Virus record (IMG/VR): IMGVR_UViG_3300032007_000017 | Strand: one strand, 5' to 3' | DNA from: a virus | Lineage: Duplodnaviria > Caudoviricetes | Length of the DNA: 64,000 nucleotides | Shown: piece after piece, positions 10,039 through 19,643 of the stretch | Position numbering within the stretch: the first letter of the stretch is position 1 | Layout: each line of letters starts with the position of its first letter | Notes under the pieces: model-generated | Database searches by the model: none | What the model was told of the DNA's origin: nothing | Seen by the model: only the letters and a program-made list of their open reading frames with translations | Position numbers and translations under genes: made by a program

Positions 10039-11493
10039 TTATAACTCAGACTTTGTCTTGGGATCAGGAAGTTCAATTCCACCTTCAGGCTCTCTTCCAG
10101 CCGCATCATCATCTTCGATTGTCTTAATGCCAAGGTTTACAAGTTCTTCTTGTGAAACAGTCTCAGCAACCTCATTTTCATCTGTGATGATATTAGTAGA
10201 ATCAGTGTTAATAATAGGCTTATTTGCCCTAGTATTATTAATCACTGTAGGAATCAGAATATCGTAGATTGCATCATCAGGATATTCGACCATTCCATCA
10301 GGTTGAATTCTACCCATAGTAAACAGATTCTCACGGAACCATTTACCAATCTTCAGTCCATACTCTCTCATCTCAGACTGAGCATGAGAATCCTCACGAA
10401 GCTGAAGATACTTGATAAGGTGATAGAAATTAAATGTGATATAGATTCTACCACACTGAGTATTCTGAACCAGATATGCACGAGCATCTTCGGAAATCAG
10501 AGCATTGCTTCCATTCTTCTTATCCTTCAACTGGGGATAGATTTTGTTCATCTCATCGCCAAGTTGCTGGAGATTCATACGGAAATGCTTATTTCCAAAG
10601 TCAATGTCATACATATACTTCGGATCATACTTATCTGGTTTAAATTTAGCAGGACTATTGAACGGAGCACCAGAGTAATCTACATATCTCTGAGACTCCT
10701 GAGTGATACCATTACGATGACGAGTAAGCTGCTGAGTAATGATACGGCTCATATGCTTATACTCGACAGTAACAGTAAGGAATCTCATGATATCCTTAAG
10801 AGTGAATACCTGGGGCTCAGAGCAATGCTGAGCAAGCTCATAGATAAGAGCCATATAACTATCTGCACTGATAATACGAATATCATCATCGATATTCGAA
10901 TAAGTGCATGCATTGAACTTCTTGATCGATTCCATATCGGGAGCATCAATGAAGTCTTCCTTATGAAGAACTCCTGCTTCGATCAGATCAGTCATTGCAT
11001 CAGACGGAATGTACTGATGAACCATCGATGTGATAGCACGCATCATAGCATTATCGGAAATTGTATATGCATTCAGATATAAGTCGGAGAAACCTCTCCA
11101 ACTACCTCCAAGAAGCACATGCCAACCAGCATTGTTAATACTACGATGCACAACAGAGTGGAGATAATTCTTATATCCAAGTACCTCCATAAGATCATTA
11201 GAGAACTTATCGGGAACAAAGAAATAGAAAACCACATTAGAATGCTCGAGAATAGAAGTATGACCAGTCTTAGCACGACGACCAATATACGAAGACTTAT
11301 CAGCATATTGATCAGGAAGCTTGGTATCCCAGCATGAAGAACAGGCTAGAGCACAGATCTCAACGCCATTGTTCATCATGACAAGATCACCAGTGATACG
11401 ATCAGGATCAGCATATCCAGTAACTGGGAGTCTCTCTGAATCTGACTTTGTTTTCTTTAGACCGTTATTGTTGAATAAATCTTTGAGTGACAT
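10039..11493 (-). CDS. thyX: FAD-dependent thymidylate synthase
   Basis: GHTSILEH, QLTRHR..TQESQRY, EDARAYL, LREDSHAQSEMR motifs. Confidence 0.92.
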   Translation of the reverse strand: MSLKDLFNNNGLKKTKSDSERLPVTGYADPDRITGDLVMMNNGVEICALACSSCWDTKLPDQYADKSSYIGRRAKTGHTSILEHSNVVFYFFVPDKFSNDLMEVLGYKNYLHSVVHRSINNAGWHVLLGGSWRGFSDLYLNAYTISDNAMMRAITSMVHQYIPSDAMTDLIEAGVLHKEDFIDAPDMESIKKFNACTYSNIDDDIRIISADSYMALIYELAQHCSEPQVFTLKDIMRFLTVTVEYKHMSRIITQQLTRHRNGITQESQRYVDYSGAPFNSPAKFKPDKYDPKYMYDIDFGNKHFRMNLQQLGDEMNKIYPQLKDKKNGSNALISEDARAYLVQNTQCGRIYITFNFYHLIKYLQLREDSHAQSEMREYGLKIGKWFRENLFTMGRIQPDGMVEYPDDAIYDILIPTVINNTRANKPIINTDSTNIITDENEVAETVSQEELVNLGIKTIEDDDAAGREPEGGIELPDPKTKSEL

Positions 11494-11541
11494 TGTTTTA
11501 TACCTCCTAAATAATGTCTAATTTAATGTGGTCAGACATAT

Positions 11542-11706
11542 AAAAAGATACCTGGATATGATCCAGGTATCTTGAAGCGAGGTGAAATACTAGAAGAACT
11601 ACAGAAAATCATTTTAGGAGGTTAAAAATGAACAAAAACGACTGAAAGTGAAGATGACAGAGGTATTACGGACGGACAACGAGTATGGAATTCTCCTAGT
11701 ATTTCT
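11542..11706 (-). ncRNA. candidate anti-RBS sRNA B
   Basis: Promoter AACT-atcttg-TA (11717-11706), 15-bp long-range stem, UUCAUUUUUAACCUCCUAAAA in the loop, U-tailed terminator 11542-11573. Confidence 0.7.
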
Positions 11707-11717
11707 ACAAGATAGTT

Positions 11718-11728
11718 ACATATTATTT
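11718..11728 (+). promoter_or_regulatory. early-type phage promoter ACATATTATT
   Basis: Recurrent motif upstream of non-structural genes. Confidence 0.6.
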
Positions 11729-11747
11729 AAATGATTACAGAGGTGAG

Positions 11748-12608
11748 GTGTTATATTTAATGGGCTATATTGAAAACTATAAAACACTTGAAATCACTCC
11801 TATGATTCTTGAGATGAAGCCTAGAATAGAAAGTTTATTTAATTGGCTGAATGGATATGTGAATCATAGGATTAATTGTAAGCTAAACATTTGTGGATAT
11901 AGTGTTAATAATTTTGCTATATTTCAATATCCAAATCAAGTAAGTGTATATCTTGGCAGTATCATTGACTTTTCTACTCAAATGAGTCATGGATTAGATG
12001 TCTTTAATTGCTCAATGTCGTTAGCGGCATTGACAATTACTCATGAGCTATTTCATTCTGATCAGGCTCTTGATAATAGAAGATATACAGATGATAATGA
12101 GTATAGAGATTCTATCGAACGAGCAGCAGAATATAATGCAGAACAGTTTTGTGCTGCTCATATCATAGATTTCAAAATGCTATTCGGCTTTGATTATAAG
12201 ATGAAGCATAAAACTCCATATGAAAATTTCGTTAAGGGAAGTATTAGCGATTATTATGTATATGGAGTTCCTGGAGTTCTTTGTTCTACTCTTATACGAG
12301 ATAGAATGACTGATATGTTTTATCGGTATGAGAATTTTGGAATCTATATTACGGATAATAGAATGGAAGAAGTTCCTCCATTCAATTATGATACAGGGTG
12401 TATCTTGAGATGGCATGGAAAGGCTGTTAATAGTCCTGAAGATATTGCTCATTTTCAGGATTTGCTTAGAAAGTATATGAATGGTACAAATATGTATGAT
12501 ATGACGATGTCTTTATCTCATGCAATACTCGAGAAAAACAATGAACATATAGATCTTTTGTATATTTGCATCAATAATATGAATTATTATCCATTCGCTT
12601 TTGACTGA
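11748..12608 (+). CDS. HExxH metallopeptidase-like protein
   Basis: THELFH plus downstream IERAA. Confidence 0.55.
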   Translation: MLYLMGYIENYKTLEITPMILEMKPRIESLFNWLNGYVNHRINCKLNICGYSVNNFAIFQYPNQVSVYLGSIIDFSTQMSHGLDVFNCSMSLAALTITHELFHSDQALDNRRYTDDNEYRDSIERAAEYNAEQFCAAHIIDFKMLFGFDYKMKHKTPYENFVKGSISDYYVYGVPGVLCSTLIRDRMTDMFYRYENFGIYITDNRMEEVPPFNYDTGCILRWHGKAVNSPEDIAHFQDLLRKYMNGTNMYDMTMSLSHAILEKNNEHIDLLYICINNMNYYPFAFD

Positions 12609-12657
12609 ACTTGGTAGTAATGACATGTCAACAATATCGAAAGGAGGTTGATAAACA

Positions 12658-13176
12658 TTGAATAGCTTTGTAAAACGAGCATCTACTAAGGATCTTTATA
12701 AGATTGCTTATGCTATTATGTGTTTAAAGACCACATCTGAGAGCATCACTACAGAAGAGGTAAAACATTATGTAGATAGGTGCTATTATTGTGAAGACAG
12801 ATTAGGAAATATCATTGCTATCGTTGCAGCAGAGCGTATTGTCTTTGAGTATCCTTCCGAGGTAGAAGGAGAAACAATAAAGACATACCCCAATAAATAT
12901 AGAATCAAATATATGCTCTATGACGCCTATGCTATAAAGAGCATGGGTGAAGATCCCGCAGAACTCTTAAGAGAAATGGTTAGAGAGCTAACTGCTGATA
13001 TGAGTGATTGGACCGTATCAGTAAATCTGTCAAAGTTATCAAAGATATCTATTGACTCAGAAGAAGACTGTAAAGAAACTCTTAAGTATGCATTAAATTC
13101 AAATGGATTTAGGAACATGTCAGACGAAGATCTTATGCTTCGTGCCACTCCTTTGAATTTTGATTCATTCCACTAA
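12658..13176 (+). CDS. hypothetical protein, possible degenerate GNAT fold
   Basis: TTG start with AGGAGG RBS; FVKRASTKD N-terminus and NGF near the C-terminus. Confidence 0.55.
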   Translation: MNSFVKRASTKDLYKIAYAIMCLKTTSESITTEEVKHYVDRCYYCEDRLGNIIAIVAAERIVFEYPSEVEGETIKTYPNKYRIKYMLYDAYAIKSMGEDPAELLREMVRELTADMSDWTVSVNLSKLSKISIDSEEDCKETLKYALNSNGFRNMSDEDLMLRATPLNFDSFH

Positions 13177-13211
13177 AGAAATAAACCCAGGGATTTCCCT
13201 GGGTTTATTTT

Positions 13212-16200
13212 TTATTTGTGAGTATAGAACTGAGGTATTAGCATAGACTTGCCAAAGCTATGCTTAAAGTTACTGTCCTTGATGATATTAATGACATCAT
13301 CTTGAGTTGGAGAAACCACAGCAATAGCAACGCTATTTTTAATAGCAGGAATCTCGGTAGATCTAATGCGAAGTTGAGGAACATCGAGAATTATAGAAGT
13401 AGGATTAGTCTGTTCATTCGGATCATTCGGGCTAATTGCTGCAGAAACATCATCGAATTTAATTTTTGTCGATTGCTCGATTTTATCGATAACTTCTACT
13501 GCAATAGCAGCACTCGAATTCTCTTCAGGAACAGCAGGACCATATCCATTCTCTTCTTCATCATCTTTGATGGTTTCCAGCCTCCAGAGCTTTCCAAGTT
13601 GCTTTTTGAATCTAGGAATATTCTTAAATTCAAAGTTATTGAAATCCACTCTGAAGTAACCAGTCTTACCAACGAATATTACCAATTTTCCTCCAAACAA
13701 TTCTCTTACCTTATTAGGATCTCTTCTAATAAGACGGAAAATCATAGAAATAGGATTCAAATTGGAAGCCCAGTCATAGACATCAGTATTAGGAAGAGTA
13801 TTCCAAGCACCTTTCCAAACTGGGATAAAGATAGTGTTCTTTACATAATTCTGTTTAAAGTATGGATCGAAGTTATTAAGCATACGACCGAGATACTCTA
13901 AATAGAATCTAATAGCCACATCTCTTATCGTTTTATTATTCGATAAGAAGAGGCCATTATAGTAAGACAGATCATAGAATACATTCAGAGAATTATACAT
14001 CCTAGGCTTTACATAAGCCTTCTTAATCTTAGGACAAGATTGTCTCACTCGATTATTGATAGCCACATGATCAGAAGTAATTCTGATTCTCTGAGACCAC
14101 AGATATTTACGAAGCTTGGTATTGTAAGAATTCTGGGATAATTCTCCAGGAGCTTCTGTAAATACAAACACCTGTCCTTCCATCAATGTAGTAAACTTAT
14201 CTTCTACTACAGAGAAAGATTCTTGATGTTGAGTAGCAGACGTATAAATATCAAGCTGCATGTAAACCATATCGCCATTGATTACATATTGCTTAAAGCC
14301 CTTCTTTTCATAGAACTTTTGAGCAACAGCATTATTCTTATCAACAGCAATATTTGTGATATTATCCTCATCAATAGCAATCTCAATCATTTGAGATGCT
14401 AAACCACGTCCTTGGTAGTCGTCAGCAACTTTAATAGCTTGCAGCCAGACTACGCTGCTACCAGGAGAATTTTCATCTTCTTTTTTCTGAGAATTATAAT
14501 AGCAAACTGGGATATTGCCTTTTTTCTCATCAATCCAAAGATATCCATGGCAGCCTTTCTTTGTTTTTACTTCAGTAAGACCTTCAATATGGTTTTTATA
14601 CTTCTCAATGACTTCATCATTGATCTGAAGTTTTGTGAGTCTGCTGATTGGAAGATAAGTCTTACCGCTGTCAGTTTCAATAACAGTAGCTTCTCCAAAA
14701 GTAGCAGTTTTTCTTTGATCTTCTGTAGCCTTTATGAAAGTATCTACTATATCAGAGCCAGGAAGAATCTCATCCTCTCTAGGGATATAAGCAGTCATAT
14801 ACCGATATTTATCGATATCTCCCCATAACTTACGATAGTGAATATCTTCATAATGTGTAAGAATATCTTTGACATTCTTTACACTTCCCATACCAGAAGT
14901 AAATCTAGGGTTATAGGGATCGAAGATTACAGTAGATCCATCAGCATAGCTAATAACATTTGCAGCAATTATATCTCCGCACTTATCAGCATATGCATCA
15001 TGCTCACGAAACAGAATAAGATTGACGTTGAATCCCATCTTACAAAGTGCTCTATAACAGAATATAGCACAATGGAAGTAAGAAACTTCTTTCATCTTAA
15101 TGATGTCTTTTACAGTATGAGGATTAAACCACATACCATCAGAATGCTCTTTGCTTGCACCACTAAGAGTATCAGGCTTCTTAAAATGAGTCCTACAATA
15201 TTTCATGAGACTAAGCTCATCAAGAATATTAGAAGGAATGTCATCATATTCATGATAGTTGACGATATTTCTAGGGCCAGAAACTGTATTAACCGTACTG
15301 TACCCACTATCGCTACACGGATACAACCAAAGCCTATAAACACTTTGAGTAGCAGACTTTCTAACAAGCTTAAATCCATACTTCTTAGCAAGTCTGATAG
15401 AGGCTTGATTCTTATTATCCACGTACCAAATCAGATTGGTAGTATAAGGATTATCAACAAAGAATTCTCTTGCTTCAAGGAATCTAGTTAAAAGAGTAGA
15501 TGCAACTCCTTCATGACGATGACGAGGATCAACTCCAATAACAACGATTCCAGAATTCTGAGGTCCATCATAGATCTCTAAGAATCCTCTCAGATCATAA
15601 GTGCCAGTCTTCTCTACTTCTCTATAAAGACACTTACGAGTCTTATCCATCTTAATGAATGTACCCGTACGATCTAAGAAGTTCTTTTCTTTATCACTCA
15701 TATTATTGAAGATATTGACAGCATCCTGATGATCACCATCTCTAATGAACTCAGTATTATCTTCATCTTCAATAACGTATACTTTAGCAGCTTCAAGCTG
15801 AATTTTAATGCGATTATAGAAGTCCTTGGCACCATATCTAAATATACGGACATAATCTCCTTCTTTTAGAGCTTTTATAAGTGCCATTCTTCCTTCAGAC
15901 TTATAGTACTTCTGAATGAATCTTGCCATAGAGATTCTATCGTCAACCTTGTGATCATTGTGCTCGTAGATATAATCGCAGGCACCAGACAGAACCATAC
16001 CTACTCTATTTGCAAGAAGCCAATTACATTTACGAAAGCTATTATTAGCTACATAAGTAATGATAGCAGTCTCACAATACATAGAATAAGGTCCTTCAGC
16101 AAGAACCAAATTATATTCAGATCCACAAAGAACAAAGATTTCTGTAGATGTATTAAAGCTATTGGGAGTGATTTTAGATTCTTTTTCAATCAAATCAGCA

Positions 16201-16685
16201 CCAACTGCTTTATTCATATCAGAGAGAGAAGTGAATGCATAGATATTCGGATAAATACGATTCATCTTCCTAACCTGAAAGAAATCATACCATTTATCGA
16301 AATTCTTCTTTGCAAATTCAGTCTCAAGCAATCTTTGATCATTGGTTGTTCCATAAGCCTTAACAACCGGTTTAGTGTGATTTACATTTACTTCTTCAGT
16401 AAATGCCATCTCTTCATAGACATCAGGATCTTCATCCTCTACATCAAGCTTAATACTACCATCGTTTGTCAAATAGTGTTTGACATTTCTATCCATCCAA
16501 TAGGATACGAAATAAGACGGATTTTGAAACCATGGAGTATTAATTAGAGTGATGGAGTCCTCCATAGACTGAGTCAAAAGGGTGATCATAGCACCCTTCT
16601 TTTTATTTGTAGGATTAAATGGAAGGTAAGCTCTTTGCCTTGTTGAATACAAGCGAAGAGGGATCATTTCATCCATTAAAATCAT
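13212..16685 (-). CDS. large late (virion) multidomain protein with two GNAT acetyltransferase domains
   Basis: VDPRHRHEGVA..NQASIRLAKKYGF and VADDYQGRGLA..NAVAQKFYEKKGF; late promoter 16713-16724. Confidence 0.75.
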   Translation of the reverse strand: MILMDEMIPLRLYSTRQRAYLPFNPTNKKKGAMITLLTQSMEDSITLINTPWFQNPSYFVSYWMDRNVKHYLTNDGSIKLDVEDEDPDVYEEMAFTEEVNVNHTKPVVKAYGTTNDQRLLETEFAKKNFDKWYDFFQVRKMNRIYPNIYAFTSLSDMNKAVGADLIEKESKITPNSFNTSTEIFVLCGSEYNLVLAEGPYSMYCETAIITYVANNSFRKCNWLLANRVGMVLSGACDYIYEHNDHKVDDRISMARFIQKYYKSEGRMALIKALKEGDYVRIFRYGAKDFYNRIKIQLEAAKVYVIEDEDNTEFIRDGDHQDAVNIFNNMSDKEKNFLDRTGTFIKMDKTRKCLYREVEKTGTYDLRGFLEIYDGPQNSGIVVIGVDPRHRHEGVASTLLTRFLEAREFFVDNPYTTNLIWYVDNKNQASIRLAKKYGFKLVRKSATQSVYRLWLYPCSDSGYSTVNTVSGPRNIVNYHEYDDIPSNILDELSLMKYCRTHFKKPDTLSGASKEHSDGMWFNPHTVKDIIKMKEVSYFHCAIFCYRALCKMGFNVNLILFREHDAYADKCGDIIAANVISYADGSTVIFDPYNPRFTSGMGSVKNVKDILTHYEDIHYRKLWGDIDKYRYMTAYIPREDEILPGSDIVDTFIKATEDQRKTATFGEATVIETDSGKTYLPISRLTKLQINDEVIEKYKNHIEGLTEVKTKKGCHGYLWIDEKKGNIPVCYYNSQKKEDENSPGSSVVWLQAIKVADDYQGRGLASQMIEIAIDEDNITNIAVDKNNAVAQKFYEKKGFKQYVINGDMVYMQLDIYTSATQHQESFSVVEDKFTTLMEGQVFVFTEAPGELSQNSYNTKLRKYLWSQRIRITSDHVAINNRVRQSCPKIKKAYVKPRMYNSLNVFYDLSYYNGLFLSNNKTIRDVAIRFYLEYLGRMLNNFDPYFKQNYVKNTIFIPVWKGAWNTLPNTDVYDWASNLNPISMIFRLIRRDPNKVRELFGGKLVIFVGKTGYFRVDFNNFEFKNIPRFKKQLGKLWRLETIKDDEEENGYGPAVPEENSSAAIAVEVIDKIEQSTKIKFDDVSAAISPNDPNEQTNPTSIILDVPQLRIRSTEIPAIKNSVAIAVVSPTQDDVINIIKDSNFKHSFGKSMLIPQFYTHK

Positions 16686-16767
16686 GGATTTTATCCTCCT
16701 TCTTAATCTAGTTACTATGATGTTGAAGGTAGCACAATTTATGCTATCTTCAATGATTTATTTAAAG

Positions 16768-16779
16768 ACATATTATTAT
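16768..16779 (+). promoter_or_regulatory. early-type promoter ACATATTATTAT
   Basis: Motif match upstream of the 16822 operon. Confidence 0.65.
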
Positions 16780-16821
16780 TTTGAACCTAGAAGCGAACAA
16801 TAAACTGTAAAGGAGAAATAT

Positions 16822-17115
16822 ATGGTAATCTATAACCAGAGAGGAAATACCACTACAATGGGTATTTGCCTCACTCCAGAATATTATAAGGAGGGTAATA
16901 TGGAAGTAACTCTGAAAGAGTTTAAAGACCGCGTCGATGCATTTGTAAAGTATTTCGGCGAGGACAAGAAAGTAAGTATCACTAGTACTTGGGCTCCAGT
17001 TATTAGTGATTCAAGGTTTCCAAATGGGGTAGTCCCATTCTTCTATGATGATGAACCCAGAAACGAAACCCATGAAAATACAATAAGGAGGATTTTAGAA
17101 AATGGCAAAAAGTAG
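16822..17115 (+). CDS. hypothetical protein (alternative start 16899-16900 region)
   Basis: AAGGAG RBS. Confidence 0.6.
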   Translation: MVIYNQRGNTTTMGICLTPEYYKEGNMEVTLKEFKDRVDAFVKYFGEDKKVSITSTWAPVISDSRFPNGVVPFFYDDEPRNETHENTIRRILENGKK

Positions 17116-17494
17116 ACATGGTTATCAGAGAGCACATCGTCCCAATCCTGTTATGGCTCAGATGCAGCAGCAGAAGAGGATTGAGAAGCAACTGAAGGAA
17201 GCGTACAATCAAGGTGTTCGTCAAGGTATTATCCTTGACAAGATCATTGCAGTACAGCTTCTGCGTAATGCTGGTTCCGGTGCACCCATTACTGAATATA
17301 TGAGTGCCTTCGATAAATATCGCAATGCTGTTGTCTTTGATGAGCTGACTACAGTTCGCGATATCATCGATCAGCTTAAAGAGGCTGAAGGATTTAGTCT
17401 TACTGATGAGGATATCATCGAAGCTATTCCTGAGATTGCCTCTTATCTCCCCGAATCTTCAAAAGAAGAAGAAAATACCTCTAAAGTCGAGTAA
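17102..17494 (+). CDS. hypothetical protein
   Basis: 130 aa, AGGAGG RBS. Confidence 0.75.
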   Translation: MAKSRHGYQRAHRPNPVMAQMQQQKRIEKQLKEAYNQGVRQGIILDKIIAVQLLRNAGSGAPITEYMSAFDKYRNAVVFDELTTVRDIIDQLKEAEGFSLTDEDIIEAIPEIASYLPESSKEEENTSKVE

Positions 17495-17633
17495 GCAGTC
17501 TACTTAGACATAAACTGCTTTTGAAACGATTTTACGAGCTTACATTCTCGTGAGAGTGCCTAAATGGGCCTCTCACGAGAGTATTTTTTGATAAATAGCT
17601 CTACATCTATATAATTGAAAGGAGCTATAATCA

Positions 17634-17831
17634 ATGGATAAGATAGAACCTGGAAAGGTGGATAAGGATAATTTTATTCAGTTTTTAACTCATGCAACTC
17701 CAGAAGAGATGAATGAGTTAATTGATAAGAAAGGTAAACCACGTAAGCCTTATTATCCATTTTATGAATTTAGAGCTAAGGAGGAATCGCAAGATGAAAG
17801 ACCAAACACCTATGGAACCGAAACCCGTTAA
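17634..17831 (+). CDS. small hypothetical protein
   Basis: AAGGAG RBS. Confidence 0.6.
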   Translation: MDKIEPGKVDKDNFIQFLTHATPEEMNELIDKKGKPRKPYYPFYEFRAKEESQDERPNTYGTETR

Positions 17832-18333
17832 GGAATTAATCACGGATATTAAGGAGAATCTTTCCCAGAAAGGTGCTTCAAGACAGGATGAGATTTCTGT
17901 TATGCAATCCATGTTATCTGATCCTGATTATGAAGTTGCCATGTGGGGAAAGAATGGTATCAAGGGTATGTACAATCCGTGCAAAGACTTCCGTTCTATG
18001 GGAGCTAGCATGCTTGTCAATACCACTAAGATTACCCAGCACGAAGCAAATGCTCTTATGGAGAACTATGTTCCGTCTCGTAGAGAGGCTGAGAGTATGG
18101 TTAATATTTCTAAGGAGTACGTTAATACGTATCTTCAGACAGATCGTAAGTTGCCGCTTGGCGGACGTGAGAAATCTGACATCTCTCTTCAGCTTCGCCA
18201 TGCACCGGCTGCTGAAAAAAGTTACCCCTCCAAGGATGAGAAAGGTAATTTCATGAAAGGTACTAAGATTATTGGAGCTCATGATACAATCAAGGTCAAG
18301 GCTCCTTGCCCGTCTTGGGTACAATCTAAGTAA
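17794..18333 (+). CDS. divergent HU/IHF-like DNA-binding protein
   Basis: SRREAESMV..YLQTDRKLPLGG..IGAHDTIKVK parallels HU helix 2, beta strands and arm; start moved to the ATG after AAGGAGG. Confidence 0.5.
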   Translation: MKDQTPMEPKPVKELITDIKENLSQKGASRQDEISVMQSMLSDPDYEVAMWGKNGIKGMYNPCKDFRSMGASMLVNTTKITQHEANALMENYVPSRREAESMVNISKEYVNTYLQTDRKLPLGGREKSDISLQLRHAPAAEKSYPSKDEKGNFMKGTKIIGAHDTIKVKAPCPSWVQSK

Positions 18334-18394
18334 GATTAAGAGGGGTATTTCCCCTCTTTTCTTAAGAATAAAATTATTTTAAGGAGAAACGAAA

Positions 18395-19030
18395 ATGACT
18401 AAGAACAAGAACACGAAGAACACTCTTCCGACTACCGCAAACAACACTACACTTACAGAGGATGATTTTATCAATGCGGCAGAGATGATTCTTACCGATG
18501 AACCTCTCGATGATTATCACAAGCTTCTGGCCGCTAGATCTCTCTGTGAAGCAAGTGGCGCAAACCCCGATGCTGTATTCCCTCAGATCAACAATGATAT
18601 GAGAGATCAGTATACGTCTGCTAGTAATATTCTCTCTGATGATTATTCTAGTGAAGATGATGATACTGATATCAAAGATACCACCATTCGTGCAGTCAGG
18701 GGCGATGAGGTTATTGAGGATGATGAACTCATGGTTCCTGACGAGCCCACTACTGCTATTCATGGTACTGATATCAATACAGGGATTATGAACTATCAGT
18801 CTGCTATTACTGTACTGAATCAGTATGCGTTCCTTGGTATTCCTTGTGCTATCCTTGGCAACAAGGCATGTGGATTCTTTGTTGATACTTGTCATGTGAC
18901 ATTTGAAGATCTTAGAAAGCTTTATGAAAGTGATTCTATTGATTTTCTTATGTATACTGATGGCAACAGAGCTACCATTATCAAGCAAGCAGTCTTTGAT
19001 AACTTCACTGGAATGATCGCTAAGTTATAA
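18395..19030 (+). CDS. acidic hypothetical protein
   Basis: 211 aa, AAGGAG RBS. Confidence 0.75.
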   Translation: MTKNKNTKNTLPTTANNTTLTEDDFINAAEMILTDEPLDDYHKLLAARSLCEASGANPDAVFPQINNDMRDQYTSASNILSDDYSSEDDDTDIKDTTIRAVRGDEVIEDDELMVPDEPTTAIHGTDINTGIMNYQSAITVLNQYAFLGIPCAILGNKACGFFVDTCHVTFEDLRKLYESDSIDFLMYTDGNRATIIKQAVFDNFTGMIAKL

Positions 19031-19083
19031 AAAATAAAGGGGAGAAATCCCCTTTATTTTTTGTCTGCCTATAACATTTATAT

Positions 19084-19159
19084 ATAACCATAGTTGTGCC
19101 TCCTTTCCGGTGGCGAACGATGAATAAGAGGAAGGCTTGGCTTCCTCTTATTCATTTTT
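19084..19159 (+). ncRNA. candidate anti-RBS sRNA C
   Basis: Promoter AACA-tttata-TA (19073-19084), 5' seed CCAUAGUUGUGCCUCCUUUCC, U-tailed terminator 19120-19159. Confidence 0.7.
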
Positions 19160-19196
19160 ATGGATCATATAAATATACAAAAAAAAGAAGAGGGGG

Positions 19197-19643
19197 TTAA
19201 CCCTCTTCTTCTTCAGCTTCGGCTTCAGCTTCTTTAACCATAGCATCAACCTCTGCTTTTGTTTCTTCATCGACGTCATCGATACTTTTCTTGAATGCAA
19301 TCCAAGCATCGATAGCTTCATTGATAGTCATCTTCTTGGTACGAATATCATCACTATGATATTCCCAGATTCCTCGAATACAAGCAGTAGTCTTACGAGT
19401 ATCAAAGTATGAAAGAGTTTTATAGTTTTCACACATGATAATAGTTAAGCCTGTTCTATCTACATTGTATCCAAAGAAATCAGGATAAGAAGAATAGATT
19501 TCTTTACCATTCATGACTTCAGCCATAGTCATAGTAATGGGATCTTTTGATTCAAGTTCTGCAAGTTGTGCTGAACGTACAAGAGCATATTCAACAAACG
19601 TTCTTGCATTACTATTGTTCAGTACTTCGTATACCTTGTCCAT
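19197..19643 (-). CDS. hypothetical protein
   Basis: 148 aa, coupled to the chaperonin stop codon. Confidence 0.75.
   Translation of the reverse strand: MDKVYEVLNNSNARTFVEYALVRSAQLAELESKDPITMTMAEVMNGKEIYSSYPDFFGYNVDRTGLTIIMCENYKTLSYFDTRKTTACIRGIWEYHSDDIRTKKMTINEAIDAWIAFKKSIDDVDEETKAEVDAMVKEAEAEAEEEEG

Noticed and set aside
9962-10267. ORF-track 101-aa + strand ORF with an apparent RBS
   Set aside because: Overlaps thyX antisense, has no + strand promoter and starts just after a terminator; better explained as the complement of sRNA A.
11628-11645. Micro-ORF MNKND (also MSAKPDTRRYLI at 36000) as leader peptides
   Set aside because: No promoter on that strand and no downstream attenuator; the promoter and terminator point the other way.
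17494-17590. Additional sRNA in this intergenic gap
   Set aside because: Two hairpins but no promoter motif or anti-SD; treated as a terminator region.
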